A stretch of DNA of 64,000 bases from Thermoleophilia bacterium (GCA_050250915.1 JBFWNT010000018.1:6591-70590), one strand, 5' to 3'. Counted from the stretch's first letter, positions 45,943 through 56,700 are shown. Notes: generated from the letters alone by a model not told the origin. Numbers and translations: made by a program.

Positions 45943-46509
45943 TCAGGGCACCGTCGCCGGATACCGCTCCTCAGGTCCGATGAAGTAGTCGCGCTCCGAT
46001 TCCCAGGTGATGTGCACGTTGTCGAGGAGCGTCTGTCGTCCCGAGGTCGGCTCGATGCGGAAGGTCAGCGGTGCCTCACCGGAGGTGCGTGGCAGGACGA
46101 CCGCTCCGCTGCCGAGCACGCCACACCCTTTGCGCCAGGCCTTCCCGAAGGTGCCGCCCCGGCCCGCGGGGGGCGACGTTCCATCGCGTCGTGCGGGGCA
46201 CACCCGCGCGGCTCCGGGAGGGTCGACGTCGACCCGCACCGGCGCGCCGTAGGCGAGCGGCCAAAGGGAGAAAGCCGCGCCTCCTGAGGTGAGCTTCACA
46301 GGGCCGGTCTCGACTGATTGCGAGGCTGGACCGGCGCCGACCGGGATCTCCGGATCAGGAGCCGCCGGCGAGCGGGGCACCGGTGGTGGCTGAAGCGTTG
46401 GGGGACGCGTCTCGACCGTCCACCCGGCCCGCGGTCCCGAACCACCACAACCCGCCACGAAGACGGCTGCGGCCACGGAGAGCAACCCCGCGACGAAACG
46501 GTGGCGCAT
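45943..46509 (-). CDS. hypothetical lipoprotein
   Basis: MRHRFVAGLLSVAAAVFVAGC lipobox. Confidence 0.7.
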   Translation of the reverse strand: MRHRFVAGLLSVAAAVFVAGCGGSGPRAGWTVETRPPTLQPPPVPRSPAAPDPEIPVGAGPASQSVETGPVKLTSGGAAFSLWPLAYGAPVRVDVDPPGAARVCPARRDGTSPPAGRGGTFGKAWRKGCGVLGSGAVVLPRTSGEAPLTFRIEPTSGRQTLLDNVHITWESERDYFIGPEERYPATVP

Positions 46510-46510
46510 C

Positions 46511-46888
46511 TCAGTTCATGAGTGGGATCAGGGCGAAGAACACGATGAGCGCGATGGCGACGCCGATCGGCCCGGAGGCGAGGGATGTCCACAGGCCGGG
46601 GACATCGGTGACGAGCCGCGGGCTCCCCCCTTCTCCGCCCTGGCGAAGCGGCCTCCTCATCGGGCTCGGCGCCCGGCCTCTGAAGCGTGCCGGGGCCATC
46701 CTTTCGGGGGGTGTCCGTCGCTTAGGGGCGTGCGAACGTGGTCGCATGGACGCGGTTAGCCTTTTCAGGGTCGCCCTGGTGAGCAGGGCAACTGTCCAGA
46801 CGAGGGCGTGACCCGTCTTCGTCGTCTTGAGGTGGCCCTGAGGCTGATCCCCGACGACCAGCCGCGTTGAGCAACCCCGACCATCCAC
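46511..46888 (-). CDS. possible small membrane protein (start uncertain)
   Basis: C-terminal TM helix only; overlaps the next ORF. Confidence 0.35.
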   Translation of the reverse strand: MDGRGCSTRLVVGDQPQGHLKTTKTGHALVWTVALLTRATLKRLTASMRPRSHAPKRRTPPERMAPARFRGRAPSPMRRPLRQGGEGGSPRLVTDVPGLWTSLASGPIGVAIALIVFFALIPLMN

Positions 46889-47190
46889 CCCCCTACCGCT
46901 CCCTCGCGTTCATCGGTCTGCTGGCGCCGGTTGCCGCCGTCGTCATTCCGATGATTGCGATCCTCGGAGTGCCGACGGGATTAGGCGGTCGTTGGCTTTG
47001 GGCATCGCCTTGCCTGTTGGTAGTCGGTCTTGGCGCCAGCCTACTCGCCCGCTACAACGCGGCGGTCCACGGCGATCGCTCCGCTCAGCGCATCGCTCTG
47101 AGCGGGGTCGTGATCGCCGTCGGATCCTTGGCCGTTCTGCTCCTTGGGACCCTGGCCTTGGTAGTGGCACTGAGTGGGCTGGAGGATTGA
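46867..47190 (+). CDS. small multi-pass membrane protein (DUF4190-like)
   Basis: Three hydrophobic segments; GDRSAQRIALSGVVI. Confidence 0.55.
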   Translation: MSNPDHPPPYRSLAFIGLLAPVAAVVIPMIAILGVPTGLGGRWLWASPCLLVVGLGASLLARYNAAVHGDRSAQRIALSGVVIAVGSLAVLLLGTLALVVALSGLED

Positions 47191-47420
47191 GACGTCGGTG
47201 AACTCAAGTCGGCTCTTGGCTGGGGGACGGAACCGCTTGGATGCAACAAGGTCTTCCCCCGGGTCGCAGGCTCTGCACCGCCGCGGTTGCGAACACCGCG
47301 ATTGCAGCCGGACAGCCCCGGCACCCGCCGCAGCAGACCCGACCGAATCCATGTCGCCGCCGTACAGATCGAAGCGTCGGGGTCGTCCGGAGCGATCCAG
47401 GCGTCCCCGAATCGGTGGAG

Positions 47421-48689
47421 CTACGTGAGCGCCCTCTTCACCTCGCGCCGGGAGAGGAAGTCGATGACGTCCTGGTAGCGGCCGGCGGTGTTTGCGAACT
47501 CGGCGTGGTTGCGCGCAGATAGCAGCCATTCGGCGGTGGTCGGTCGTGCCCGCGAGAGCGCTCGGCGCAGGTGGTCGTCGGAGACAGGAATGGTCGTCCC
47601 CGAGTTGATCGCCTCCTCGATCGCCAGGTCGACCGCCGACTCGACGAGGTGGGTGAGGTCGGCGCCGCTGAAGAGCGCTGTGGCCTCGGCCACGGGAACC
47701 ACGTCACCAACCTCGTGGGGGCGGCCGGCGAGGGCCAGCGACAGGAGGAAGCGGCGCGCCTCGAGATCGGGTGGTGGCACGAAGAGCTGCCGGTCGAAGC
47801 GGCCCGGGCGAAGCAGGGCGTCGTCTATGTCCCATGGTGTGTTGGACGCGGCGAGCACGAGCATGCCGTCGTTGGCGGAGTCCAGCCCGTCGAGCTCTTG
47901 GAGGAGCACCGTCACGAGTGCGCGGCCGTCCGCCCCGGCGCGCCGGGAGCGCGAGAAGGCGAATGCGTCGATCTCGTCGATGAAGACGACGCATGGGGCC
48001 GCGGCCCGTGCCTGCTCGAACGCGTCGTGGAGGGCGCGCTCGCTCTCGCCCATGTAGGGCGAGAGGATCTCCTCGATGCGGATCTGGCGGAAGGGAACAC
48101 CGCACTCGCCTGCGGTGGCGCGAGCGAGGAGGGTCTTGCCGCAGCCGGGAGGTCCGTAAAGCAGCAGGCCGGCTCCTGCGCGCCGGCCGTATGACGCGTA
48201 GAGGTCGGGTCGGGTGAAGGGGAGGATGATCGCGCGCTCGATCGCCTGCTTCGGCTCCTCGTTGCCGGCGACCTGGGCGAAATGGATCTCCTCGCGCTCG
48301 GCCCGAGGTCGCTCAACCGGATGTTCAGCCGCCGCGGAGCGGAGCGCGTCGAGCTCCCCGTCGGCTGGTCGGCGCGCGAGATCGGCGTCGGCCAGCAGTT
48401 GCCGGAGCCGGTCGCGCACCGGACCGAGCGCCGGGTCGCCGGAGGCGGCGCCGTCGACCAGGCGACCGGCGACCTCGAGGTCACCGAGGTCGATGGCGAG
48501 CTGTGCGGCGAGCGCGCGCTGGGCAGCCGACAGCGCCCCCCGGCCGTCGGCCTGGAGGAAGGCCTCGAGCGACTCCGCCCGCCGGCCGAGGTCGGCCAGC
48601 AAGTCGCCCAGCAGGCCGATGAGGACTCCATTTGCGGGGTCCGCGGCGAGCGCCCCGCGCAGCGCCGTGATGCGGGGGTCTTCACTCAC
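47421..48689 (-). CDS. TPR-like domain + AAA ATPase (classic clade)
   Basis: GPPGCGKT, VVFIDEIDA, ASNTPWDID.ALLRPGRFD; GTG 48689 overlaps the upstream stop. Confidence 0.92.
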   Translation of the reverse strand: MSEDPRITALRGALAADPANGVLIGLLGDLLADLGRRAESLEAFLQADGRGALSAAQRALAAQLAIDLGDLEVAGRLVDGAASGDPALGPVRDRLRQLLADADLARRPADGELDALRSAAAEHPVERPRAEREEIHFAQVAGNEEPKQAIERAIILPFTRPDLYASYGRRAGAGLLLYGPPGCGKTLLARATAGECGVPFRQIRIEEILSPYMGESERALHDAFEQARAAAPCVVFIDEIDAFAFSRSRRAGADGRALVTVLLQELDGLDSANDGMLVLAASNTPWDIDDALLRPGRFDRQLFVPPPDLEARRFLLSLALAGRPHEVGDVVPVAEATALFSGADLTHLVESAVDLAIEEAINSGTTIPVSDDHLRRALSRARPTTAEWLLSARNHAEFANTAGRYQDVIDFLSRREVKRALT

Positions 48690-49561
48690 GTTCGCTCTCG
48701 TCGGGCGAGGATGCGAGGCCAGAAGCGGCCGTAGGCCCACAGGAGCGCCACGGCTGCGAAGCCCCCGATGGGCAGGAATCCGGCCGCCGTCGTCCCGATG
48801 GCGAAGGCGGTCACCCAGGGCCACGCCCCGAGCCAGTCCCGGCGGTGCATCTGGCGGATGAGCCAGGTGGAGCGGCGATCGAGTCGCCGCAGCTCGCGGG
48901 CGTGGTCCGTGATCTCTCTGTCTCCCGGCCGTCCTCGCGCCGCAGACACCGCCGCGTCCCGTGCCTCCTCGAAGCGCCCTTCGGAGAGGGCGCGATGAGA
49001 GTGCATGTGAAGCGCGCCCGGATTCTCCGGATCGGCGGCGAGCAGTGTGGCGAGGTGCCGATCGAGCTCCTTCGCCTTCGCCCCCGCCGCCGCCGCGAGC
49101 GCGACCTTCAGCCCGAGCAACGTGGGCTCATCGGGTGCCTGCCGCAGGGCGCGGTCGAGCATGTCCGAGGCGTGCTCGTGCTCACCGCCGCGGCTGAGGA
49201 TCATCGCGTAGGTCGCAAGCGCCTGCGGATGGTCGGGGAACTCATGAAGCAGCCAGCGGGCGATGTCCTCCGCCTCGGCGAGACGCCCGAGCTCGGCGAG
49301 CAGCTCTGCTCGGAGCTGAAGGAACTCGGGCTCATGTGGCCATATCGCCAGCGCGCGGGCGGTGCCATCAAGCGCCCGCGCGGCCTCGCCACAGCTCCAC
49401 ACCGCGCGGATCCGCATGTCCCACCACTCCGGGCGGGCGCTCGCCTGCCTGTCGGCGCGGACGATCTCGTCCAGCTCGCCAAGCGCGAGGCGTCCATCGC
49501 CACGCGCGAGGTGACGCCCCGCCTTCTGCAGGCCGAGGTCGAATCCGATGGCCGGGCTCAC
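48686..49561 (-). CDS. TPR-repeat protein with C-terminal TM helices
   Basis: Repeated ALAxxPxx helical pairs; GTG 49561 overlaps the upstream stop. Confidence 0.82.
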   Translation of the reverse strand: MSPAIGFDLGLQKAGRHLARGDGRLALGELDEIVRADRQASARPEWWDMRIRAVWSCGEAARALDGTARALAIWPHEPEFLQLRAELLAELGRLAEAEDIARWLLHEFPDHPQALATYAMILSRGGEHEHASDMLDRALRQAPDEPTLLGLKVALAAAAGAKAKELDRHLATLLAADPENPGALHMHSHRALSEGRFEEARDAAVSAARGRPGDREITDHARELRRLDRRSTWLIRQMHRRDWLGAWPWVTAFAIGTTAAGFLPIGGFAAVALLWAYGRFWPRILARRERT

Positions 49562-50094
49562 AGGTGCTCCTTTAGCGCCTCGCCAAGTGCGAGCAGCGGC
49601 CAGAGCACGGCCAAGTCCAGGGCAACCCCGGCGAACATCGGGATCAAGAGGAACACGAACCCGCCCCGCGACTCGCCACCCCACTCATGGAGGGTGCGGT
49701 AGGCGCCCGTCACCGCCTGCCCGAACGTCGCGTGCAGGACGAGGCCCGCGAGAACCGGGGCGACGACCAGCACCATGAACCTGGCGATGTCGTACCCGTC
49801 GCCGTGGGTCGTCACGAAGAACGGCGTCAGAAACGCAAGGCCACCGAGCAGGGCAAGCAGGACGCAAGTCGTCCGCGCGATCCGCAGACGAACCTTTGCG
49901 GGAAGCGGTAGCGACGGCAGCACCCGGCGGTTCAGCAGCGCCGACAGCGGGAGCCCGCCGAGCATCCAGGTGCACTGGACCCAGCCGAGATCGACCGGGC
50001 GCCGCTCGTAGAGGCGACGGCCGCGCCAATGCGCGAGGAGCGGCTGATCCGGCATCGGCCGGGGCGTCGTGTTCGAGCGGTCGGTCGCAGGCAC
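49558..50094 (-). CDS. hypothetical multi-pass membrane protein
   Basis: Three to four hydrophobic segments; translationally coupled to the TPR gene. Confidence 0.65.
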   Translation of the reverse strand: MPATDRSNTTPRPMPDQPLLAHWRGRRLYERRPVDLGWVQCTWMLGGLPLSALLNRRVLPSLPLPAKVRLRIARTTCVLLALLGGLAFLTPFFVTTHGDGYDIARFMVLVVAPVLAGLVLHATFGQAVTGAYRTLHEWGGESRGGFVFLLIPMFAGVALDLAVLWPLLALGEALKEHL

Positions 50095-50619
50095 CGATTC
50101 CGTATCGGCGGTGGACCCTATTGGCGTGAGAGCTCCGTGCGATCGCCCGTTGGCTCAAGTCCCCCCGCACCCGACGGGCCGGGACGCACGACCCGCGACG
50201 TCGAAGCGCTGGCGGGGTCGGCGATCCCGGCCATCTCCCTGTAGTGCGTCGATGACAGCGGGACGACGAACCGCCTCGATCGGGCCGCATCCTTGGCTGC
50301 TTCCAGTGTGTGCTGGTGGCGTCGGCCGTCCGCGTCACCAACAGCCGACTTCGCGAGTGAGATCCAGTGGCTGAGATCGAGGTAGACGATCCTGACGTCG
50401 TACTCGCTTGCATGGATATGGCCTGGGGCGGTTTGGTCCCGTGCCGATGGCAGCTTTGGAGCGGTGAGCTACCCCCGCTGCTCAGACCCGACCAACGCCG
50501 GTTCGCGTGCTGTTCGCGCCGGCTGTCATGGCAAGCCGCCGCACTCGCGGCAGCGGTGTGAACCGCCCCGGGTTCGGTGCGGCTTGGCACCGGTTGGCGG
50601 AGCCGCCGCGGCGGCGGCG

Positions 50620-51152
50620 TGGATGTCGCACTGATCGGAGTGCTCGAGCCGCCTGGACCGCGGGCCGCGGCGCGCGGCTACCTCTACAACGCCCCCGAGG
50701 TTGCGCACGCACTGGCTCTTGTCGCGCGCGGTGAGAGCTACCGACGCGCCGCGTCCCGGATCCGCGACCATTCCGGCCGGGTGGGGTGGCGTCTCGCGGG
50801 GGCGGGTGGCAGGAGGCGCGGTAGTCCCACCGGGCAGCTCGTCGCCATGGGTTGATGTGTTCGGGCCGGTCCTGCTGGACGGGGCGTTGTCGGCTCACTG
50901 GCTGAGGCAGCTGGCCCTGGACAGCGTCTCTTTTCAGCACCGGCGGGTAAGCGGCGTTCGCTCCACATCTTCGTCGCGGCCGGCTACGACGCCGGGGACC
51001 ACCGCCCGCAGGTGTGGCTGATGCGCCCGTATCCCAGCAAGGACGCCGAATCCTGGACGGACTTCCTTGCCTTGCGCGAGGGCCGGGCGGTTGTGGTGGT
51101 GAGCGATATGGACGCCGGCTATCGCTTCCGGTCTCGAGAAGGGGCGTCGTGA
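50620..51152 (+). pseudogene. frameshifted transposase remnant (DDE-like)
   Basis: Three frames stitch into ..GESYRRAA..GQLVA/WVDVFGP..LALDS../HIFVAAGY..WLMRPY..ESWTDFL..VVVSD.., a pattern I recall from actinobacterial transposases; family not assigned. Confidence 0.55.
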
Positions 51153-51176
51153 TGGCGCGACGACGGCGCCAATCTT

Positions 51177-51253
51177 GCACAGAGTTCCCCCGAAGAATGC
51201 GGGCTGCGTGCGCAAAGTTCGCCCCTAAAGTGTGCAAACGTGGCGCAAAGTTC
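51177..51253 (+). repeat. three 11-bp direct repeats with exact 33-bp period
   Basis: GCACAGAGTTC 51177, GCGCAAAGTTC 51210, GCGCAAAGTTC 51243. Confidence 0.8.
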
Positions 51254-51680
51254 AACAGCGCCGCGCTCGCCGTCGCCGCGATCACGGCCGGCTGGGCGCT
51301 GTCGCGCTGGCCGATCATCCTGCCGGGCCTGACCGTCGACCAGGCCGCGGCAGGCCACGACACGCTCGTTTGCGTCGTCGTCGCCGTGCTGGCGGGCGCC
51401 GTCATCCTGCTGCCGGCCCTCGTGATGCTCTTCCGCCTCACGGTCTCGGGACGCTTCCGCGCGCCCGAGGTCGATAGCTTCGGGCCCTGGGCCCAGACGG
51501 CCGTGGCTGCGGACGGCCGTCGACTCGCCCGGCCCGCCATCGCCTGCCTCGTCGCGGGGACCGGGCTCCTCACCGTCGCGGAGGCCCCGTGGGCTCACGC
51601 CGCAGGCGTCGCCGCGCTGCTCTCGTTCATCTTGCTCGCGTTCGGCGCGATCGCCATCCGGCCTCGGACCCGCGGATCGA
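51251..51680 (+). pseudogene. cydB: C-terminal fragment of cytochrome bd oxidase subunit II
   Basis: AVAAITAGWALSRWPIILPGLTVDQAAAG..ILLPAL..LFRL matches the CydB C-terminus; 5' part absent. End coordinate approximate. Confidence 0.65.
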
Positions 51681-52223
51681 CGACGCCCCGCCGGGAGCTA
51701 CACCTTCGCCGAGCCCCCGTGCCCGCCGGCGGGCAGCTCGACGGTGACCGTCGTGCCCCGGCTGGAACCGCTGCTCACCCTGAACGTACCTCCAAGGCCT
51801 CGCCTCCCGGGCAGCACTGGCGTTGCCTCCGCGGCGGGCACCACGGATCAGAGGCGAAGAGTTCCGTTCTATACGGCTAGTCCTCTACGCCTGCGGTTCC
51901 CTCCCGCCATTCCAGGGAGGGTCTCGAGCGGCTTGAGAGCTGGGGCAGGCCGGGCGCAATTGCCTCCATGTCCGCCAAGAGCTCGACGCGAGCGACGGTG
52001 TCAAATCAGGTCGTCCGCAAGCCGCGAAACCTCGTCGGCCAAAGCCCGCCTGCGCTCCTCAGAACCCGTCACAGCACAAGCCGGCCTGCCCGCTCCAGGC
52101 CCCGGCAAGGAGGCCGGTTCGTCCGAGGTGAAAACACCCAGCCATCTGGCAGCAGGGGTCTCCCGAAGCAGAACTCTGGCCCATCCAATGGTCATATGGC
52201 ACAGAAATGGTCCATCATCAGCC

Positions 52224-52853
52224 ATGGACCTCGGCGCCCCTCACCGGATCATCAGCGGTCGCCACGACCTCGACATCGTTCGCGTGCTCGTCGCCTCGCG
52301 AGGGAGCATGAGCGGTCGTCGGGTCGCGCGTATGGCCGGCGTCTCCCACGGGACCGCTCAGCGTGTGCTGACTCGCCTCGCTGACGCCGGCCTGCTCGAT
52401 GTGGAGACCGTCGGCCGTGCCTACGCCTATCGATTCAACCGAGATCACCTTGCCGCGGGAGCAATCGAGTCCCTCGTCGCGCTCCGGCCGCGCCTCATAG
52501 ACGCCCTCCGCCTGGAGATGGAAGGCCTCTCCCCCGGCCCGCGCGCCGCGGTCGTCTTCGGCTCCACCGCGCGCGGCGATGGAGACATCGACAGCGACAT
52601 CGACATCCTCCTCGTCCGCCCACCGGGAGCCGCGGGCGGCTGGGATGACCAGCTCGCTGCCACATCTGAACGGATCCGGCGCATCAGCGGCAACCACCTG
52701 AGCATCCACCTCATCGACGAGGAGGCCTTGGAGCAGCTCGAGCACGACCGGCCGCCGATCGTCGGTCAGATCAGACGCGATGGGGTCGACCTGGCTGGAA
52801 CACCGATCCGTGACTTGCTGGGGCCGGGATCCGCACGGGGCGGCGCCTTTTAG
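52224..52853 (+). CDS. winged-HTH + minimal nucleotidyltransferase (MntA-like)
   Basis: MSGRRVARMAGVSHGTAQRVL (HTH); VVFGSTARGDGDIDSDIDILLV (GSxxxG..DxD). Confidence 0.9.
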   Translation: MDLGAPHRIISGRHDLDIVRVLVASRGSMSGRRVARMAGVSHGTAQRVLTRLADAGLLDVETVGRAYAYRFNRDHLAAGAIESLVALRPRLIDALRLEMEGLSPGPRAAVVFGSTARGDGDIDSDIDILLVRPPGAAGGWDDQLAATSERIRRISGNHLSIHLIDEEALEQLEHDRPPIVGQIRRDGVDLAGTPIRDLLGPGSARGGAF

Positions 52854-53014
52854 CTCTAGAACTGACGGAGGGCAGGTTTCTGCGATTGCAGGGAGCGGGG
52901 AGGACCGGACTTGGCCGGTCCGGCAGCTGGCCAGTTCGTCGTGCAGACGGAGCCGATGACCTGCCCGGTGCAGGATCTGCGCGAAGCCCACCTCTGCCCC
53001 ACCCCTTCATCCCA

Positions 53015-53551
53015 TCAATCCAGGAGCTCTCCGCGCAGGCGATCCAGTTCGGCTGCCGAGATCGGCCCGTGCTCGCGCTCCCACTCCGCGACCGCCTCAA
53101 GCGAGTCTCGACGCATCACCTCCCGCTCGACCACGGACTGGAGGAAGACGGCGAAGTCGCCATCCTGCCTCGCCACGACCAACGCGAGAGCGCGTGAGGC
53201 CACCTCCTCAGCCAGAACGAGCTCGATGACGAGACGGACCGAGGACTCTGATCCCGCCCCGCCAGACGATCTGGGCTCCTTGCCGGCGCTGCTCGCGCCG
53301 TCGGCGATGGCCCGCTCTGTGCGGGGATGCATCGGACCCGGCGGCGCCGGGCGCCTCGCGTAGTGCTCCTCGTCCTCCTCGGCCCGGAGCACGAGCAGGA
53401 CGTCGCCGACCGGCTCGCCGTCCCGATAGGCGTCCCCGTTGGTGATGGTCCGAGCGCTAGCGGGCCAGTCCAACTTGTGGAGCAGCGACCGCAGGTTCCT
53501 CCGCGAGAGGGTGACCACCACCAAGGGATCCTTGAGCTCGAGGCGCGCCAC
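53015..53551 (-). CDS. hypothetical two-domain protein (C-terminal part CopG/antitoxin-like)
   Basis: N-part VTLSRRNL..LLHKLD..RAEEDEEHY..PGPMHPRTE; C-part AVAEWEREHGPISAAEL. Confidence 0.6.
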   Translation of the reverse strand: MARLELKDPLVVVTLSRRNLRSLLHKLDWPASARTITNGDAYRDGEPVGDVLLVLRAEEDEEHYARRPAPPGPMHPRTERAIADGASSAGKEPRSSGGAGSESSVRLVIELVLAEEVASRALALVVARQDGDFAVFLQSVVEREVMRRDSLEAVAEWEREHGPISAAELDRLRGELLD

Positions 53552-53609
53552 GACTCCACCCGGCTATTGAGGGACACGAGCAAACGCCCGGGCGCCTTCA
53601 GCGTCACGG

Positions 53610-53647
53610 TGTTGACAGTCTGATCAACAAACTGGGAGGGTGTCAAC
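53610..53647. promoter_or_regulatory. inverted-repeat operator / divergent -35 region
   Basis: GTTGACA (53611) / TGTCAAC (53641) inverted pair plus TGTTGA/TCAACA (53610/53624), between divergent genes. Confidence 0.5.
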
Positions 53648-53706
53648 CCCCTCTCCCCGCGCCGACCCGTGGTCGGCGGAAGCAGCCCAGCCATCGTCAC
53701 CCGTCG

Positions 53707-56700
53707 ATGCCAGTTCGAGTGCCCACTCCGAGACCCAGCTGCAGCGGCGTCGCCTGGCTTGAGACCGATGAAGGCTTCCTTGACGCGGTCCTCGCCGCCT
53801 CCGCGAGTGGTCAGGTAGAGAGCTGGATCCATGGAGCGGATTCTCGGGATCGGGAGCCCTCCGAGGCCCCGAGCGCGGAGCGTCTCGTCGCCCGTGCAGT
53901 CGTATCGATCCTGCTGAGGCGCCCCCTCCCCGGGTTCAACCCGCTTCTGTCCTGGCACGCCGGCCCCGGTCACCCAGGAGCGCACGACGGGCTCGCACAG
54001 GTGAGCGAGCCGCTGAGCTACAGGGAGGTGGGGCGCCTCATCTGGACTGGGGTGGTGACCGACGGACCCGCCGGGCGTCGCCGCGAACGACCGGTAGCCT
54101 CGTTTGGCTACCCGGTGGTGCGACGCCGCGAGAAACGAGCGGCCGGGCCGAGCACGCATCGACAATCATGGGGTGCGGACCCGAAGGCCATCGTGAGCGA
54201 GGCGCCACGCGCGCCCCGGCGTCGCCCTGGGCGAGGCGGCCGCCAACCGCGGGTCTCTGCCTTCACGGAGGCGACGGCAACCGCCCAGCTTCGCGCGGAG
54301 ATCGGCGAGCCAACGGTCGGCGAGCGCCGCCAAGGAACCGGCTTCATGTACTGGCGACTCTCAGAGAGCGGCAGCGGGTTCGCGCTCGCACGCCTGTCGG
54401 GCGACGAGATTCGAAAAGGGGAAAGCGCGCTGAGCCAGGTCCAAGCAATCTGGCACACGGCCTCCCAGTTCGAACTCAAGCTCGGCCATCTCGTGGTCAC
54501 CACCAACAGCACGGGAGCCCGACGCTTCGAGTACCGGCCTGATCTCCTGCTCCTCCACGAGCTGATCGCCAACGGAGAGGTTGACGCGGTGTGTGCGCGT
54601 GGCGTGGACCGCATCCACCGAAACGACCTGGTCCGAGCCCAGCTCGAGGATCTGTTCATCAGCAGCGGGACACAGCTCTACCTGTCCCAGTTCGGGCACC
54701 TCGACTGGATACGCGATCTCCACTACTGGCGGCGCAAGAGCAACCAGGCCGAGGAAGAGCGCGACGACATCTTCAGCCGGACCCACGGCGGGATGATCGC
54801 GACCCGCCTCGCGGAGGGGCGCGGACGCCCCGGCGCGCTTCCCTTTGGCTTCTACTACAACCCCGAGTGCGGCGAGGTCGTCGTCGATCCCGAGCAGTGG
54901 CCGTTTGTTGTGATCGTCCACCGCGGCTACGAGGAACTGCATGAGGAGGGCGCGACAGGGGGCCTACGACGCCTCGAGGAGAAACTCGAGGCACTCGGGT
55001 GCCCGATGTCGGTCGGAATGATCGCGAACATGCTGCGCAACCCGATCTACGTCACCGGCGAATACACGGTCTCCTGGAACGGGCGGCAGGTCACGGCAAA
55101 CCCGATCAAGATCGCGGCGCCGATCCCGCTGGAGCTCTTCCAGCGCAACCAGGAGCGGCTCGCCCTGAACACGGGCCGACACAGCGTTACCCCTGTCGGG
55201 TTCCTCGCTCTGAATGGAGTCGAGGTCATCCACGACCGTTGCCAAGACCTCCCCGTCGCGAAGGAAGACGCCGCGAAGTTGCCCCGGACATGCACGTCCC
55301 TGGTGCTGCGCGGCAGGCCCACGAGCAGCGCGGACGGTTACGTCTACAGCCACTACCCACGCACCCCCGGGAGCTGCCGCGGGATGGTCATCCCGCAGAA
55401 CGTGCTCGAGCCCACAGTGATGCGGGCCCTTCGCCAGCTTGCCGCCAATCGCGAGCTTCAGGAGCAGTGGCGACGAGCTCCGCGTGGCGATCCAGCCGAG
55501 CGGCCACGGATCCTCAGCCCTGAGGCACGCACCCAGGTGGAGTCGGAGCTGCGGGACCTGGGACTGCTCATCGAACACCGCGAGGCGCGTTGGAGCGACC
55601 CGAAGCATCCTGACTCGCAGATGACCGCGAGCGAGTTCTCGAAGATCATCTCCCCTCTCCATGAGAAGCGGGAGCGGCTGAAGCGGCGCCTCAGAATGGA
55701 CGACGTCCTTGACCCCACGCCTCCGGTCACGCCGCTGGAGAAGGACATGGGCGCGATCGCGCGCGCGGCCGGACTCGACGACGAGAGCACCTACGGGGAA
55801 CTGCTTGAGAAGCTCGAGGAGGTCCTCACGGACGAACCACCGGATGACCCTGATCACCTGCGCCGGAGGGCAGCGGTGGTCAAGGCCTCCCTGAGCTCCA
55901 TCCTGATCAAGGACGCGCCCGATGGCTTCACCCTCGAGCTCAGGGGTCCGCTGGTCCCGCCGGGAACGAAGGTCGTTGGTCCGATCGGCCCGATCGCCTC
56001 CGATGGGGGAGCCCTGAAGCCCACCTCCTCCCCGCGTCGCCCGCCATCCGAACTGTCAAGCACGTCCTGGCGTGATGGACAGTTCCAAGATGACGAGGAG
56101 CCGCTCGATCACCGGATGGTGACCACGACCTACTGGTCCACGCCGGCGGCGCAGCGGCCTAAGCCCCTCAGGCCGAAGAGGATTGCGCGGCGACCTCGGC
56201 TCGACTGGACTCCCCTCTGGGTGTCCACACCCATCTCCTTGCCCTGCCCGGACGCCTCACGCCCACCGGAGGCCACCCCGCGCGAGCCGTGGTCGTCCTC
56301 GGATCAGGACGTCGCGAAGGAGGCTATCCGCGTCTCCATTCGGTTCACGGGCCGTGGTTGTGGGTTCAACGAGACGACCTACGCTCGGGTCCGCAGGGCG
56401 CATCCGGAGTTGCCGACGTACGCTTTCGTCGAGCGCGCTCGCCGGAACAGCTGGAAGAGCTGGCCCATCTTTGTCGGTGAGGCGATCGGCGAGGAGATCA
56501 ACGACCTGCCGCTCACGGACCTCGCGCGGGATAGGCGCGAGCTGTTGAGGCTGCGCAGCGCCGCAAGGACTGGAGCCCTCCGCACTGTGAAGTGGGGCTC
56601 GTTCCACTACACGCGCCAAGAATGGGTGGATGAGTTCAGGCCGAAGCTGCTCCGCCCCCGATCTCGGGGACCGTCGGGTCCCCCGCCTCCCTCTCGACCG

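Noticed and set aside
50095-50570. Short ORFs such as 50367-50561
   Set aside because: No homology cue and weak coding signal.
51177-51253. Mini-CRISPR reading of the 33-bp period repeats
   Set aside because: The repeat (11 bp) and spacer (22 bp) are too short, the repeat is not palindromic, and no cas genes are present.
51880-52225. Possible frameshifted minus-strand gene (..ALADEVSRLADDL/..TVARVELLADMEAIAPGLPQL..)
   Set aside because: The frame stitching is speculative and no family is recognisable.
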